Assembly: GCA_910584945.1 (NCBI GenBank)
Contig: CAJUDY010000014.1
Span: forward strand, 9,275 to 73,274
DNA from: an uncultured Lachnospiraceae bacterium
GTDB lineage: Bacteria; Bacillota; Clostridia; Lachnospirales; Lachnospiraceae
Length of the DNA: 64,000 nt
Direction of reading: 5' to 3'
Each line of letters starts with the position of its first letter. The first letter of the stretch is position 1. The notes under the pieces were generated by a model. The model had not been told where the DNA came from and searched no databases. It was given only the letters and a program-made list of their open reading frames with translations. Below are positions 11,151-21,047 of this stretch, one piece after another. Both the position numbers and the translations under genes were made by a program.

Positions 11151-12503
11151 ATGATACAGATACGAATTCCTGAAAAAGTGAATACGATCATCCGCACACT
11201 CGCCGCGGCAGGGCAGGAAGCCTATGCCGTCGGCGGGTGTGTTCGTGATGCGCTGCTTGGAAGAGAACCGGCGGACTGGGATATTACCACCTCCGCCTCG
11301 CCCGCGGAAGTAAAAGCGCTTTTTCCAAGAACCATCGATACGGGCATTCAGCACGGGACCGTGACCGTCATGCTGGGACACGAAGGCTTTGAGGTGACCA
11401 CTTATCGGGTGGACGGAGCGTATGAGGACGGCCGCCATCCGAAGGAAGTGCAGTTTACCAGAAGCCTTCTGGAGGACCTGAAGCGGCGGGACTTTACAAT
11501 CAATGCCATGGCGTACAACGAAGAGGCAGGGCTGGTCGATGAATTCGACGGAGCGGGAGATCTGGAAAGAGGGATCATCCGGTGCGCGGGCCGGGCGGAG
11601 GAGCGCTTTATGGAGGACGCCCTGCGGATTATGCGGGCGTTCCGGTTCAGCGCCCAGCTGGGATTTACACTGGAGGAGCAGACCAGGGAGGCGGCCGGGA
11701 AGCTGTGCGGCAATCTAAGAAAAGTCAGCGCGGAGCGGATTCAGGCGGAGCTTGTGAAGCTTCTTACTTCTCCCCATCCGGAGAAACTGAGGGATGCGTG
11801 GGAGGCCGGGATCACCCGGGTGGTGCTTCCGGAATTCGACGTCTGTATGGCCTGCGGGCAGAACAATCCCCACCATATCTATTCTGTGGGGGAGCATATT
11901 CTGCATTCTTTACAGGAAGTGGAAGCGGAAAAAAATCTGCGCCTGACCATGCTTTTCCATGATTTTGGCAAACCGGCGGTGAAGACGACGGATGAGAAGG
12001 GGATCGATCATTTCAAACGGCATCAGGAGGTCAGCGAGGAGCTGGCGAGAACCATCTTAAGACGGCTGAAATTCGACAATGAGACGGTTCGTCAGGTGAC
12101 GAAGCTGGTGTGGTGCCATGATTACCATCCGGCGCTGACCCCGGCGGGGGTGCGCCGGGCAGTAAACCGGATCGGAGAAGACCTGTTCCCCCTGTATCTG
12201 AAGGTCCAGCGGGCGGACATCCTGGCCCAGAATCCGTCCATGCAGGGGCCGAAGTTCCAGGCGCTTGGAGAGGTGGAGCGGCTCTATGAGGAGATCGTAA
12301 GGGAAAAGGACTGTATCACCCTGAAAGACCTGGCGGTGGACGGCCGGGATCTGATCAAGGCAGGCTTCCCGGCGGGCCCCCTTCTGGGCGAGATCCTGAA
12401 GCATTTGCTGGAACAGGTGCTGGAGGAGCCTGGGAAGAATCGGAAGGAAGAATTGCTTTTGGAGGCGGTTCGGAAATATGGGAAATCAAATTCAGCTGAT
12501 TGA
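11151..12503 (+). CDS. cca: CCA tRNA nucleotidyltransferase
   Basis: VGGCVRD..LGREPADWDI, RRDFTINAM, EDALRIMR motifs. Confidence 0.92.
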   Translation: MIQIRIPEKVNTIIRTLAAAGQEAYAVGGCVRDALLGREPADWDITTSASPAEVKALFPRTIDTGIQHGTVTVMLGHEGFEVTTYRVDGAYEDGRHPKEVQFTRSLLEDLKRRDFTINAMAYNEEAGLVDEFDGAGDLERGIIRCAGRAEERFMEDALRIMRAFRFSAQLGFTLEEQTREAAGKLCGNLRKVSAERIQAELVKLLTSPHPEKLRDAWEAGITRVVLPEFDVCMACGQNNPHHIYSVGEHILHSLQEVEAEKNLRLTMLFHDFGKPAVKTTDEKGIDHFKRHQEVSEELARTILRRLKFDNETVRQVTKLVWCHDYHPALTPAGVRRAVNRIGEDLFPLYLKVQRADILAQNPSMQGPKFQALGEVERLYEEIVREKDCITLKDLAVDGRDLIKAGFPAGPLLGEILKHLLEQVLEEPGKNRKEELLLEAVRKYGKSNSAD

Positions 12504-12643
12504 AAAAATAGATTGTAATGGTATATGGTTCATGATATAATGATGGCTAATAAATCTTGGAAAGCGGTTAATCATATATGACAGACGCGGCAGGAGATCA
12601 GGCTGACAGAAGTCAAACTATCACTGAAAAAGGGGTGAAAGAT

Positions 12644-12829
12644 ATGACAGAAGCAAGACTTGTAATGGATAAGTTCATGACGAAGTTATCGGCAGATGAA
12701 TATAAAAAGGAAAATCAGCCGAATAATGGTCCAAAGATCAGTCTGGAATTTATTGATGAGCAGCTGATGTCATATTCTCAGCTTCTTGAATCGGGAATCA
12801 TGGAAGCGGCGCTGGATGAGCAGAGGTGA
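12644..12829 (+). CDS. Small acidic hypothetical protein, first gene of an AT-rich cassette
   Basis: RBS GGGGTG before ATG 12644; abuts the RelA/SpoT-domain gene. Confidence 0.5.
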   Translation: MTEARLVMDKFMTKLSADEYKKENQPNNGPKISLEFIDEQLMSYSQLLESGIMEAALDEQR

Positions 12830-12837
12830 TATGCCAT

Positions 12838-13731
12838 ATGTTGAGTACACGGCAGGAACAACAACAGTTTTGCAGAGAATTTAACATATCAGAAGAACAA
12901 TTTAGAAATTCCAGACTGACGTGGGAAGAACTGGAAGCAATTACAAAAGATTTTGAGATGAAACGAATCGAACATCAGAACACTGTAAAGAAGTATGCGG
13001 AGTCCATACAAAAGTGTCCTGATGTTCATTCTTTAAGTTACAGAGTAAAGGATGCCAGACATTTGGCGGAGAAGATCATAAGGAAGAATCCGGACTATCT
13101 GAAAAGAGGAGATTCCTTATCGAAAGAAAATTATGAAAGCCGTATCACAGACCTGATGGGGATTCGCGTACTTTTACTTTTTAAGTCCGACTGGATAAAT
13201 GTACATGAGTATCTTATGAAGCTGTATGGGGATCTGCTTATGGAACCTCCTTTTGCGCATATTCGAAAAGGGGATGAGGACTGCTTTTATAAAGGGAAAG
13301 TACAAATAAAAGATAATAAGCCATACCGTTCCGTGCATTATGTGATTCGCGCCTGGAACGGTCTGGGTATTGAGATCCAGGTACGTACTTTATATGAGGA
13401 AGCATGGAGTGAGATTGATCACAAGCTGAGATATCCGTATAATCTCCAGAATGAAATGCTGAGAAATTACATCGATATCATGAATCGACTGACAGGAATT
13501 GGAGATGAGATGGGAACATTTATCAACAGCTATATTCGAAGTTTTCAGGAGAGTCTGGCCAATGGCGTCAAAGATGATAATGAAGTATATCAATTTATTC
13601 TTGAAGAAATGAAAAACTGTGATAACGAAGATATAAGGCAGGCGATCACAGAAAAAATCAAACAGGCAGAAAACTATCGGGAGGTAAGAAAAATGTCAGA
13701 CTTGTTGCAACAGGCTTTAAAATATACATAA
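12838..13731 (+). CDS. RelA/SpoT synthetase-domain protein (small alarmone synthetase-like)
   Basis: YRVK, DLMGIR, YRSVHY, EIQVRTLYEEAWSEIDH motifs; no hydrolase domain. Confidence 0.85.
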   Translation: MLSTRQEQQQFCREFNISEEQFRNSRLTWEELEAITKDFEMKRIEHQNTVKKYAESIQKCPDVHSLSYRVKDARHLAEKIIRKNPDYLKRGDSLSKENYESRITDLMGIRVLLLFKSDWINVHEYLMKLYGDLLMEPPFAHIRKGDEDCFYKGKVQIKDNKPYRSVHYVIRAWNGLGIEIQVRTLYEEAWSEIDHKLRYPYNLQNEMLRNYIDIMNRLTGIGDEMGTFINSYIRSFQESLANGVKDDNEVYQFILEEMKNCDNEDIRQAITEKIKQAENYREVRKMSDLLQQALKYT

Positions 13732-13742
13732 CGGGGAGATAT

Positions 13743-14279
13743 ATGGTGGATAAAAGAGAAACGAGAAAACTAAAAGAAGAGTTAAATGAATCATTCTCAG
13801 ATGAATATATTACCAACGCAGGTTTGTTAGTGCATAGACTTGCGGAGATATTTTATGAAAAGAATAATCTGGAAGGAAAAGTTTACTTTAATGACCATAT
13901 TTTTGAGTATTGTCTGATCGATATTTTGGTAGACATAGCAAGATTAAAGCATTTTCACGATATTAGCCGTGTGAACTATACAAAATTTATTGCGTATACA
14001 GCTTCATGGTTTTTAAAACGAAAACCATTTCAACTGCTGGAAGGCTGTGATGAGAAATACATATATGTAAATGAGCGGTTTGCGTTGACACTGCTTTTAC
14101 AGGCCAGCGGATGTTACGATGAGAAAGCGGATTATTATACAGAGGATCGAGAAAAATTGTTGAGTGCAATAGGACAGATGTTTTATCATCTGAAATACAG
14201 AAATACGAATCCGCAGACGCTGGAACTATTTCTGATTGGGCTGGAAACGGGAAAAAGTGTCCATATAGAAAACGGGTAA
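13743..14279 (+). CDS. Hypothetical protein
   Basis: RBS GGGGAG; AT-rich ORF 11 nt after the RelA/SpoT-domain gene. Confidence 0.7.
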   Translation: MVDKRETRKLKEELNESFSDEYITNAGLLVHRLAEIFYEKNNLEGKVYFNDHIFEYCLIDILVDIARLKHFHDISRVNYTKFIAYTASWFLKRKPFQLLEGCDEKYIYVNERFALTLLLQASGCYDEKADYYTEDREKLLSAIGQMFYHLKYRNTNPQTLELFLIGLETGKSVHIENG

Positions 14280-14328
14280 GATATATAGTGAATCGTGTAA
14301 ATGAAGGTGTCTGAGAAAGGAGACCTGT

Positions 14329-14688
14329 ATGGATTTTTACAAAAGAATGGGCCTGGTCTGTCGGCGGATTCCGGAAGGAAAGGTGGCCACCTATGGACAG
14401 ATCGCGCTGCTCTGCGGCAGGCCGAACCACGCCAGGCAGGTGGGGCACGGGCTGAAGCTTGGCCTTGCCGGGAAGGACGTCCCCGCCCATCGGGTGGTGA
14501 ACGCGAAGGGCGAGCTGAGCGGAGCCGGATACTTCGAGATGCCGGACCTGCAAAAAATATTGCTTCAGGAAGAAGGCTTGGAGGTTATCTGGACCGGGGA
14601 GGGCTGGAAGGTGGACCTGAAAACGTATGGGTGGAAGAATACGCGGAAAGAGGCGGAGGAGCTGGAACGTTATTTTCAAGAAAGGTGA
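14329..14688 (+). CDS. MGMT/ATL family alkylated-DNA binding protein
   Basis: IPEGKVATYGQIA, ARQVG, PAHRVV (no catalytic Cys). Confidence 0.9.
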   Translation: MDFYKRMGLVCRRIPEGKVATYGQIALLCGRPNHARQVGHGLKLGLAGKDVPAHRVVNAKGELSGAGYFEMPDLQKILLQEEGLEVIWTGEGWKVDLKTYGWKNTRKEAEELERYFQER

Positions 14689-14893
14689 AAGTCGGAAACA
14701 GCGCCGGATGCAAGACAGGAATTCTTGGTTGCATACTCAGAAAAAATATAGGAATTGTCGGAAATTATACCGGTAATTCCTGTTTTTTTGTGCACATTTA
14801 TATATTGTATGATATACTTATAAAAGCGGACAGTTTATGGTAATAAAAAACAGTACCCCATGTGAAAAGAGAAACGATAGAGCAGAAAGCAGG

Positions 14894-15259
14894 ATGGATA
14901 TGAAACATTACTTTGTAAACTTCACCAATCATCCGTCTGCCGGATGGGAGGAGCATCAGATACAAGAAGCGTTGAAGTATGGGGAGATTCTGGATCTTCC
15001 GTTTCCGACAGTAGACCCCCAGGGAGATGAGGATGATATACGCAGGCTGTCGGAGGAATGTGCGGGACAGATCCTGACGCTTTGCCCCGGGGCGGTGTTG
15101 TGTCAGGGGGAGTTCAACGTGGTTTATCAGGTGGTGAACCGGCTGCTGGAGCAGGGAGTGACGGTGCTGGCCGCCTGCAGCGCGCGTATGGTGGAGGAGA
15201 CGGACGGTAAAAAGGTGGTAACTTATCAATTTTGCAGATTCAGAAAATATGAGAGATGA
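14894..15259 (+). CDS. Small CRISPR-associated protein, Csx20/Csx15-like putative ring nuclease
   Basis: NFTNHPS..W, DLPFP.VDP, LCQGEF, F..FRKY motifs; first gene of the type III operon. Confidence 0.65.
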   Translation: MDMKHYFVNFTNHPSAGWEEHQIQEALKYGEILDLPFPTVDPQGDEDDIRRLSEECAGQILTLCPGAVLCQGEFNVVYQVVNRLLEQGVTVLAACSARMVEETDGKKVVTYQFCRFRKYER

Positions 15260-15280
15260 AATACAAAGGAGAATTTGATT

Positions 15281-17599
15281 ATGCTGACGATCACACTGGA
15301 CGAGCAGGGAAGATTTGAACAAAGAGGAGGAGCAGAGAGGGAGGAGCCGCTTTTTATCGGCGGCCTGATCTATGACGACAAGGGCAGTCTGGCGGACTGC
15401 AATCTGGAGAAGCGCAGGATACGCGCCTATCTGAGAGCGGTCTGCGAGGAAGCGCGGGTCCCCTATCCGCGAGGGCTGCATTATGAGAACGGCGGGTCGT
15501 ACAACCACCGTTTGCGGGAAGTCAAGCAGAGGATCGCGGATACGCTTGGAAATTTTCTGAGATACGGCAGATGCCCCATCCGGAATGCTTCCGGGGAGGA
15601 GCTGCGCAGTCTGGCATCCAGAAGGGGAAAATACTATGTCTTTGCGCTGGCGCGGTTCGGTACGGTCCACGAGGATTTGGAAGGAGATGATACCAGCATT
15701 CTGGTCCGTGAGGACTATGCCAGCAATCTGTACGTACATATGGCGGAAGAGATCGTGGAACGTATTATTTTCCATAATCCTGTGATAAAGGTTACCGGAA
15801 AAGTCACGCTGGATCTTGCCACCCGGATGGCGGTGGTGGAGGGAGAGGACGCCTCTGTCCGCGCCAGGGAGTATCAGAGACTGGGCTATAAGGAAAGAGA
15901 AGATCTGTCGCGCGAGAATCCGGGGAAGCGGTATTTTTCTCTGACCAATGCGGATATCTATCGGACTGCCATTGAGCGGGAGATGTTGGATACCGGGATG
16001 CATCAGATCCAGCTGGACCGGGTGCGGGTGCATTCAATCTATTATGGAAGTGAACAGAACAACTATAGTATGGAATTCCTCTTTTTGGCGGATGTGATCT
16101 GCTCGGTGCTTGGTTTTCAGACCGACACCAGCAGCGCACAGGCGCTGATCGAGGATATGGCCGGTCGGGCGAGGCGTTATACCGGCCATGAGGATAACCT
16201 GATCTTCGCGTATGACGCAGTAGACACCCTGTTCAAGAAGGCGTGGCGTCGGCTGGAGGAGCAGGATTATTTTGAAGCGCTTCGCCTGACCCGGGAAGGC
16301 ATGCGCATGGACAGCCCCTATGCCGATTATTATAAGAACACTTGGTTCCCGAGACTCGTGGAGCGTCTGGAGCAGGAGAAGGACGCCGGGGCCTTCGGCG
16401 TCGCTCTTCGGAAATACAGCCGGTTCTCCGAGCGCAGCAATCTGAATCAGGAGGATCTAGTGCGTATCTATGAATCTCTGGAACGAATGGCAGGGAGAAT
16501 AGCGTTTGAGCGGGAGGAAGACGAGGCGGTGCTCTATGAGCTGTACGACACAGGGATCTCTGCCTACAGCCATATTGGAGACAGCCTCCGGGCGAAGGAA
16601 TGTTTTGAGAAATGCGTGCAGTATGCAGGCCGGACGGAGCTGGAGCGGTATCTGAAGACCAGGAACCGTAGGGTCGTTTATCTGATGGATAATTTTGACT
16701 ATGCAGAAGCGCTGGACATCGCACAGGACAATGTACTCTATCAGGATGAACTTGTGAAGATCCGGGCGATGATCAGCAAAGAAAATGAAAGTCGGCGAAG
16801 ATCAGCGGTCCATCAGAAAGAGTCTGTGAAGATTCAGGAGACTTCTGTCCATTACGGCATGGTCTTAAGCCAGCTGGGGCAGGTACAGGCGGCGCTCCGC
16901 CAGAAAGAGGCGGCAGATACTTTTGAAAATGCGCTGCAACAGTTTGGGGATCCGGCTTCTTCCGACTATAACCGGACGCTTTCCTATCTGCTGCACTATG
17001 ACCTGGAGATGGGAAATCAGGAAGAGTATGACCGCCGGGTGGCCGAATATTTCGGCGGAGAGCGGGAGCCTGGGGCGCAGCTTACGTTTCTGATCAGGGA
17101 AGGCGCAAGGGAGCAGGGTCGGTTCAGCATGAAGTTTGCGCTGTATGTATATATGAAGGGGTTGTATCAATTTCATCTGGAGGAGATCAGCGAGCGCCTT
17201 CTGGAGCGCTTGTACAGGATCGAGCGGGAGATTGAACAGGTCGGGGGAGAAACGGCTTCGGCGCAGATCAACAACCATCCGTGGGAGATCATCTACAAAT
17301 ATCTGGCGCTGATCGCGTGGAAAAAGGGCGAAGAAGAAAAGGCGGATGCCTTCATGGAGAAGACCAGAAGCGTTCTTCCTGTTCTGGAATACACGCTGGA
17401 GGCCGTGTGCCTCTTCGGGGAGTTGGAATATGCGCGGGAGAAAGAAGACTTTGACAAGTCAAACCAGTGTATGGAGAAGCTTCTTGCACACCTGGGTGAT
17501 CGAAACCAGGGGATTCGAGAGAAAGCGGAGACATATCCGGAGGAAGCCGGGAAGTATCAGTATCTGAGGGAACAGGTGTTCAGTTATATGTACCGTTAG
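15281..17599 (+). CDS. Uncharacterised CRISPR-linked protein: DUF3800/RNase H-like N-terminus plus helical (TPR-like) region
   Basis: ITLDEQG, FIGGL, GLH and FLADVIC motifs; helical-repeat-like C-terminal ~480 aa; RBS AAGGAG. Confidence 0.55.
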   Translation: MLTITLDEQGRFEQRGGAEREEPLFIGGLIYDDKGSLADCNLEKRRIRAYLRAVCEEARVPYPRGLHYENGGSYNHRLREVKQRIADTLGNFLRYGRCPIRNASGEELRSLASRRGKYYVFALARFGTVHEDLEGDDTSILVREDYASNLYVHMAEEIVERIIFHNPVIKVTGKVTLDLATRMAVVEGEDASVRAREYQRLGYKEREDLSRENPGKRYFSLTNADIYRTAIEREMLDTGMHQIQLDRVRVHSIYYGSEQNNYSMEFLFLADVICSVLGFQTDTSSAQALIEDMAGRARRYTGHEDNLIFAYDAVDTLFKKAWRRLEEQDYFEALRLTREGMRMDSPYADYYKNTWFPRLVERLEQEKDAGAFGVALRKYSRFSERSNLNQEDLVRIYESLERMAGRIAFEREEDEAVLYELYDTGISAYSHIGDSLRAKECFEKCVQYAGRTELERYLKTRNRRVVYLMDNFDYAEALDIAQDNVLYQDELVKIRAMISKENESRRRSAVHQKESVKIQETSVHYGMVLSQLGQVQAALRQKEAADTFENALQQFGDPASSDYNRTLSYLLHYDLEMGNQEEYDRRVAEYFGGEREPGAQLTFLIREGAREQGRFSMKFALYVYMKGLYQFHLEEISERLLERLYRIEREIEQVGGETASAQINNHPWEIIYKYLALIAWKKGEEEKADAFMEKTRSVLPVLEYTLEAVCLFGELEYAREKEDFDKSNQCMEKLLAHLGDRNQGIREKAETYPEEAGKYQYLREQVFSYMYR

Positions 17600-17625
17600 A
17601 AGAGCGGCGGGAGGACAAAAGAAAA

Positions 17626-19164
17626 ATGGGGAAAGTATGCAGACATTTTATGGCGGTTCTCGGGACAAGTCTCTATACGGACTGTATCTATGAAGTGGAA
17701 GGGACGGACTTTGCCCGTCAGACGCCCTATGCGCAGCTGGCGGTCCTGAAATATCTGGAGGAACAGGGCAGGTCGACGGACAAGATCAGCATCCTTCTGA
17801 CGGATCGAGCAAAGGAGCAGAACTGGTTCTCCAGAGCGTATACGGAAAGGGAGAAGGAGCAGCTTACAGGGAGGGGAATGCAGATAAAGCCGGAGGAGAA
17901 GAAGACCGGGCTTTCAGAGCTTCTGAAAGAGGCCTGCCCGCACGTTCCGGTGACGCCTGTTCGCATCCCGGAGGGGCGCAGCCAGGAAGAACTGGACGGG
18001 ATCTTCGAGACGATCTACGGGATTATAAAGCCGGGGGAGACGGTCTGCTTCGACTTTACCCACGGCCTGCGCAACATTCCCATGCAGGTTCTGACCATCA
18101 TTCATTATGCCAAAGCACTGAAGCATATCAAAGTAGACGGTATGTATTACGGAGCCTATGAACTGGGGGAGAAGAGAGACGGGATCTCTCATGTGCGTCT
18201 GCTGGACATGACCATGTGCAGCGAGATTCTCAACTGGACCAGCGCGGCGGAATCTTTCGTGGAAAGCGGCAACAGCGCCCAGATCTGGAGCCTCTACGGA
18301 ACCGGGAAGCAAAAGGGCGGCCGGAAGACGCGGGAGGACGCCGTCATCAAAAGTCTCCATGATTTGACCAACTGTATCAGTACCTGCCGGGGAAAGACGG
18401 AGGACTCGCCGGAGAAAAGTATCCGGAAAGCATATGAAGAGTTTCGCGGACATTATGAATTAATGAAAAAGCATCAGGAAGAAATGTCCGCCGCGCCGCT
18501 TGCCCGCCTGTTTGACCGGATTTGGGAAGAACTAAAGATCTTTCTGCAGAAATGGTATGTGATAAAAGACGGGCGGAAGATCCCGCTGGACAGTACATCC
18601 ACCGGTGCGGCCGTGGTCCGGTGGGCGGTGGAGAAAGGCCAGACCCAGCTTGGCTTCACGGCGCTGGAAGAGATGATCGTCACTTATGTGGGAGAGTGCT
18701 GCGGACTGCCTGCGGAGGATCAGGACGTGCGGGAGACGATCATCGGCGGGCCCCTGGGCTATATGATCCATACCTATGGGGCATATAAAAAGAGGAAGAA
18801 TGAAAATCTGCCAGAGGAAGAGTTGGAGCAGATCTGTCGGCGGGCGGGGGAGGAGAAGACTGCAGAGAGAGAAGAAGAGTTAGAGAAGATGAAGAGGAAG
18901 GCGGGACTGGAAAAGGTAAGAGATATTGCCGGAGAAATGCTGGAATACAATGAACGAATGAAACATGTGGTCAGGGAGATTCCCATGGAACTCATTCGGC
19001 TTGCCTCCAGTATCGTCCAATACCGTAATACGCTGAATCATTTTGGCTTTCAGAAAAATGTTATGTATTATAAGACGCTGCAGGGCAATCTTAAAAAGCT
19101 GTATGAGCAGATGCTCAGGATCATGGAATCAGAAGGAGCGGTTCTGGAGCAGATGATGGAATAA
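17626..19164 (+). CDS. csx1: Csx1/TM1812 family CARF-HEPN ribonuclease effector
   Basis: VLGTSLY, DFTHGLRNIP (CARF), YYGAYE; HEPN RNTLNH. Confidence 0.85.
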   Translation: MGKVCRHFMAVLGTSLYTDCIYEVEGTDFARQTPYAQLAVLKYLEEQGRSTDKISILLTDRAKEQNWFSRAYTEREKEQLTGRGMQIKPEEKKTGLSELLKEACPHVPVTPVRIPEGRSQEELDGIFETIYGIIKPGETVCFDFTHGLRNIPMQVLTIIHYAKALKHIKVDGMYYGAYELGEKRDGISHVRLLDMTMCSEILNWTSAAESFVESGNSAQIWSLYGTGKQKGGRKTREDAVIKSLHDLTNCISTCRGKTEDSPEKSIRKAYEEFRGHYELMKKHQEEMSAAPLARLFDRIWEELKIFLQKWYVIKDGRKIPLDSTSTGAAVVRWAVEKGQTQLGFTALEEMIVTYVGECCGLPAEDQDVRETIIGGPLGYMIHTYGAYKKRKNENLPEEELEQICRRAGEEKTAEREEELEKMKRKAGLEKVRDIAGEMLEYNERMKHVVREIPMELIRLASSIVQYRNTLNHFGFQKNVMYYKTLQGNLKKLYEQMLRIMESEGAVLEQMME

Positions 19165-19207
19165 CGGTCGTTCAGGACCGGCGGAAGATCGAACCAAACT
19201 GGCGGCA

Positions 19208-19420
19208 ATGATCATGGAGCTTCCGGAGGAGCTGCTCCGGGTGACGGCCCGGATCATGCAGTTTCGAAACGCTTTGAGTCATTTCGGATTTTCGGAAGAT
19301 GAGAATGAGTATGAGGTTATAAGCTGGCAGGAACTTCGAGACCAACTTGGAGATTTTTACAGGACGTTGAGAGAGATTATGGAAGATCAGGGGGTGATAT
19401 TTGAGAAGACGGACATATGA
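19208..19420 (+). pseudogene. Orphan HEPN C-terminal fragment paralogous to the Csx1 tail
   Basis: ELPEELLRVTARIMQFRNALSHFGF aligns with Csx1 EIPMELIRLASSIVQYRNTLNHFGF. Confidence 0.7.
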
Positions 19421-19485
19421 AAACCGCGGAGACGGCCGCGGAATAAGCAGGATTAGATCATTACGAGGAAAGGATACGACAGAAA

Positions 19486-21045
19486 ATGGAGAATCAGTAT
19501 GTTTTGGCAATGTATGACATCCGGGGGAAGCAGGATTATATATACAAAAGCAATAAGATGAAAGAGATCGTCGGAGCGTCTTATATCATCCGAGAATGCT
19601 TCGACGCATATCTGTATCCGGCGGCGGAAGAGTGCTCGGAGAAAGGATTATTTTCTTATAAAAGAGAGGCGGAGAAGACCGATTTTTCCCGCGAGCGTTT
19701 TGTCCGTCATCTGGAGGATGGATATATCGGAGAAGTGGTCTATGACGGCGGCGGCAATTTTTTTGTATTGTATGAAAATGCGGAAAGATACAGAGCGGTC
19801 AATCAGCGTTTTTATCGGAAGGTGCTGGAAGAGACCTATTCCCTGCGGGTGCTCACTACTTATATAGAAGGAATCGACTTTGATCATTATTCATCCGACC
19901 AGAGAAAGCTGTATGAGAAGCATCGGAAGAGAGAGCAGAAAGAAAGCATGTTCCATCCGGTCAATACGCTGCCCATCGTACAGGTGGATTATCATGACTC
20001 CATGCCGCTGTCTGTGAGACAGAAGATCGCAGGCCGGGAGCAGAAGGTGAGCTATGAGAGCAGTCGGAAATACCAAAAATACGAAGAGGTCATGCAGAAA
20101 AATAAAAAAGACAGCGTCATCGAGGGGGACAGACTCCTGGATGAGCTGGTCACCGAAAAGGGAGAGGAAAGTCTCCTGGCGGTCATCTATATTGACGGAA
20201 ACAATATGGGCGCTCAGGTGGAAAGATGCCTCAGTCAGGCCAGAAGGCCGGACGGAGAGCCGGATACGACCTATGAAGCCAGCGTGAAGGCGCTGAGAGC
20301 ATTTTCTGAATATATACAGGAGTATTATATCGATGCGGGGATTCGGGAAGTAGATCAGGTACTGGAACAGACGCCCAATCAGAAACGGCGTTTCGTCGTA
20401 TACGCAGGAGACGAGATTACGTTTATATGCAACGCCAGGAACGCGTACGACGTGGCGGTCAGGTATCTGGAAAAGCTCTCAGAGGAGGAACCAGCGGACG
20501 CGCCGCGGACGTCTTGCGCAGGAATCGCGATTTTCCACAGCCATACGCCATTTTCGGAGGCATACCGGATTGCGGAAGAATGCTGTGAATCAGGCAAGAA
20601 ACTCATGAAAAAAGAGAAGCTGACCGATGTGTCGCTGATTGATTTTCACTATTGTCAGGGGGCCATCGGCGTCTCGCTGGATCAGATCCGGGAGCAGGAA
20701 GAGACGCTGGACATCAGCAGGCCGTGGGTGATCAGAGACTGCCATGGAACGACGGGAAAAGAACTGGCAGGCGGAAAATTTGTCACGGGTAAGATCGTGG
20801 AGGCGATGCAGGAGCAGCTCCGGAAGGCAGGTCGAAGCAATGTCAAAGACCTTTTGTTCGCCGCAAAAAAAAGCAAGGCGGATTTTATGGGAGAGCTGGA
20901 GCGGATTCGGGCCCATCAGTCGGAAAAGGAGATCGACTTTACGCTGGGCGGCGTTCTGAAAGAAGAAAACATGATCCGCAAATTAATCTATGACATGGTA
21001 CTGGTGTATGATCTGTGGTTTGATAAGGACAGGGAGGAGATTTGA
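19486..21045 (+). CDS. cas10: Cas10, type III-D-like; short, no HD domain, Palm2 motif AGDE
   Basis: YDIRGKQDYIY, YDGGGNF, IYIDGNNMG, VYAGDEITF, CAGIA motifs. Confidence 0.88.
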   Translation: MENQYVLAMYDIRGKQDYIYKSNKMKEIVGASYIIRECFDAYLYPAAEECSEKGLFSYKREAEKTDFSRERFVRHLEDGYIGEVVYDGGGNFFVLYENAERYRAVNQRFYRKVLEETYSLRVLTTYIEGIDFDHYSSDQRKLYEKHRKREQKESMFHPVNTLPIVQVDYHDSMPLSVRQKIAGREQKVSYESSRKYQKYEEVMQKNKKDSVIEGDRLLDELVTEKGEESLLAVIYIDGNNMGAQVERCLSQARRPDGEPDTTYEASVKALRAFSEYIQEYYIDAGIREVDQVLEQTPNQKRRFVVYAGDEITFICNARNAYDVAVRYLEKLSEEEPADAPRTSCAGIAIFHSHTPFSEAYRIAEECCESGKKLMKKEKLTDVSLIDFHYCQGAIGVSLDQIREQEETLDISRPWVIRDCHGTTGKELAGGKFVTGKIVEAMQEQLRKAGRSNVKDLLFAAKKSKADFMGELERIRAHQSEKEIDFTLGGVLKEENMIRKLIYDMVLVYDLWFDKDREEI

Positions 21046-21047
21046 TC

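Noticed and set aside
11151..13731. Functional link between cca and the adjacent RelA/SpoT-domain gene
   Set aside because: cca is a housekeeping gene with host-like composition; adjacency probably reflects the insertion site only
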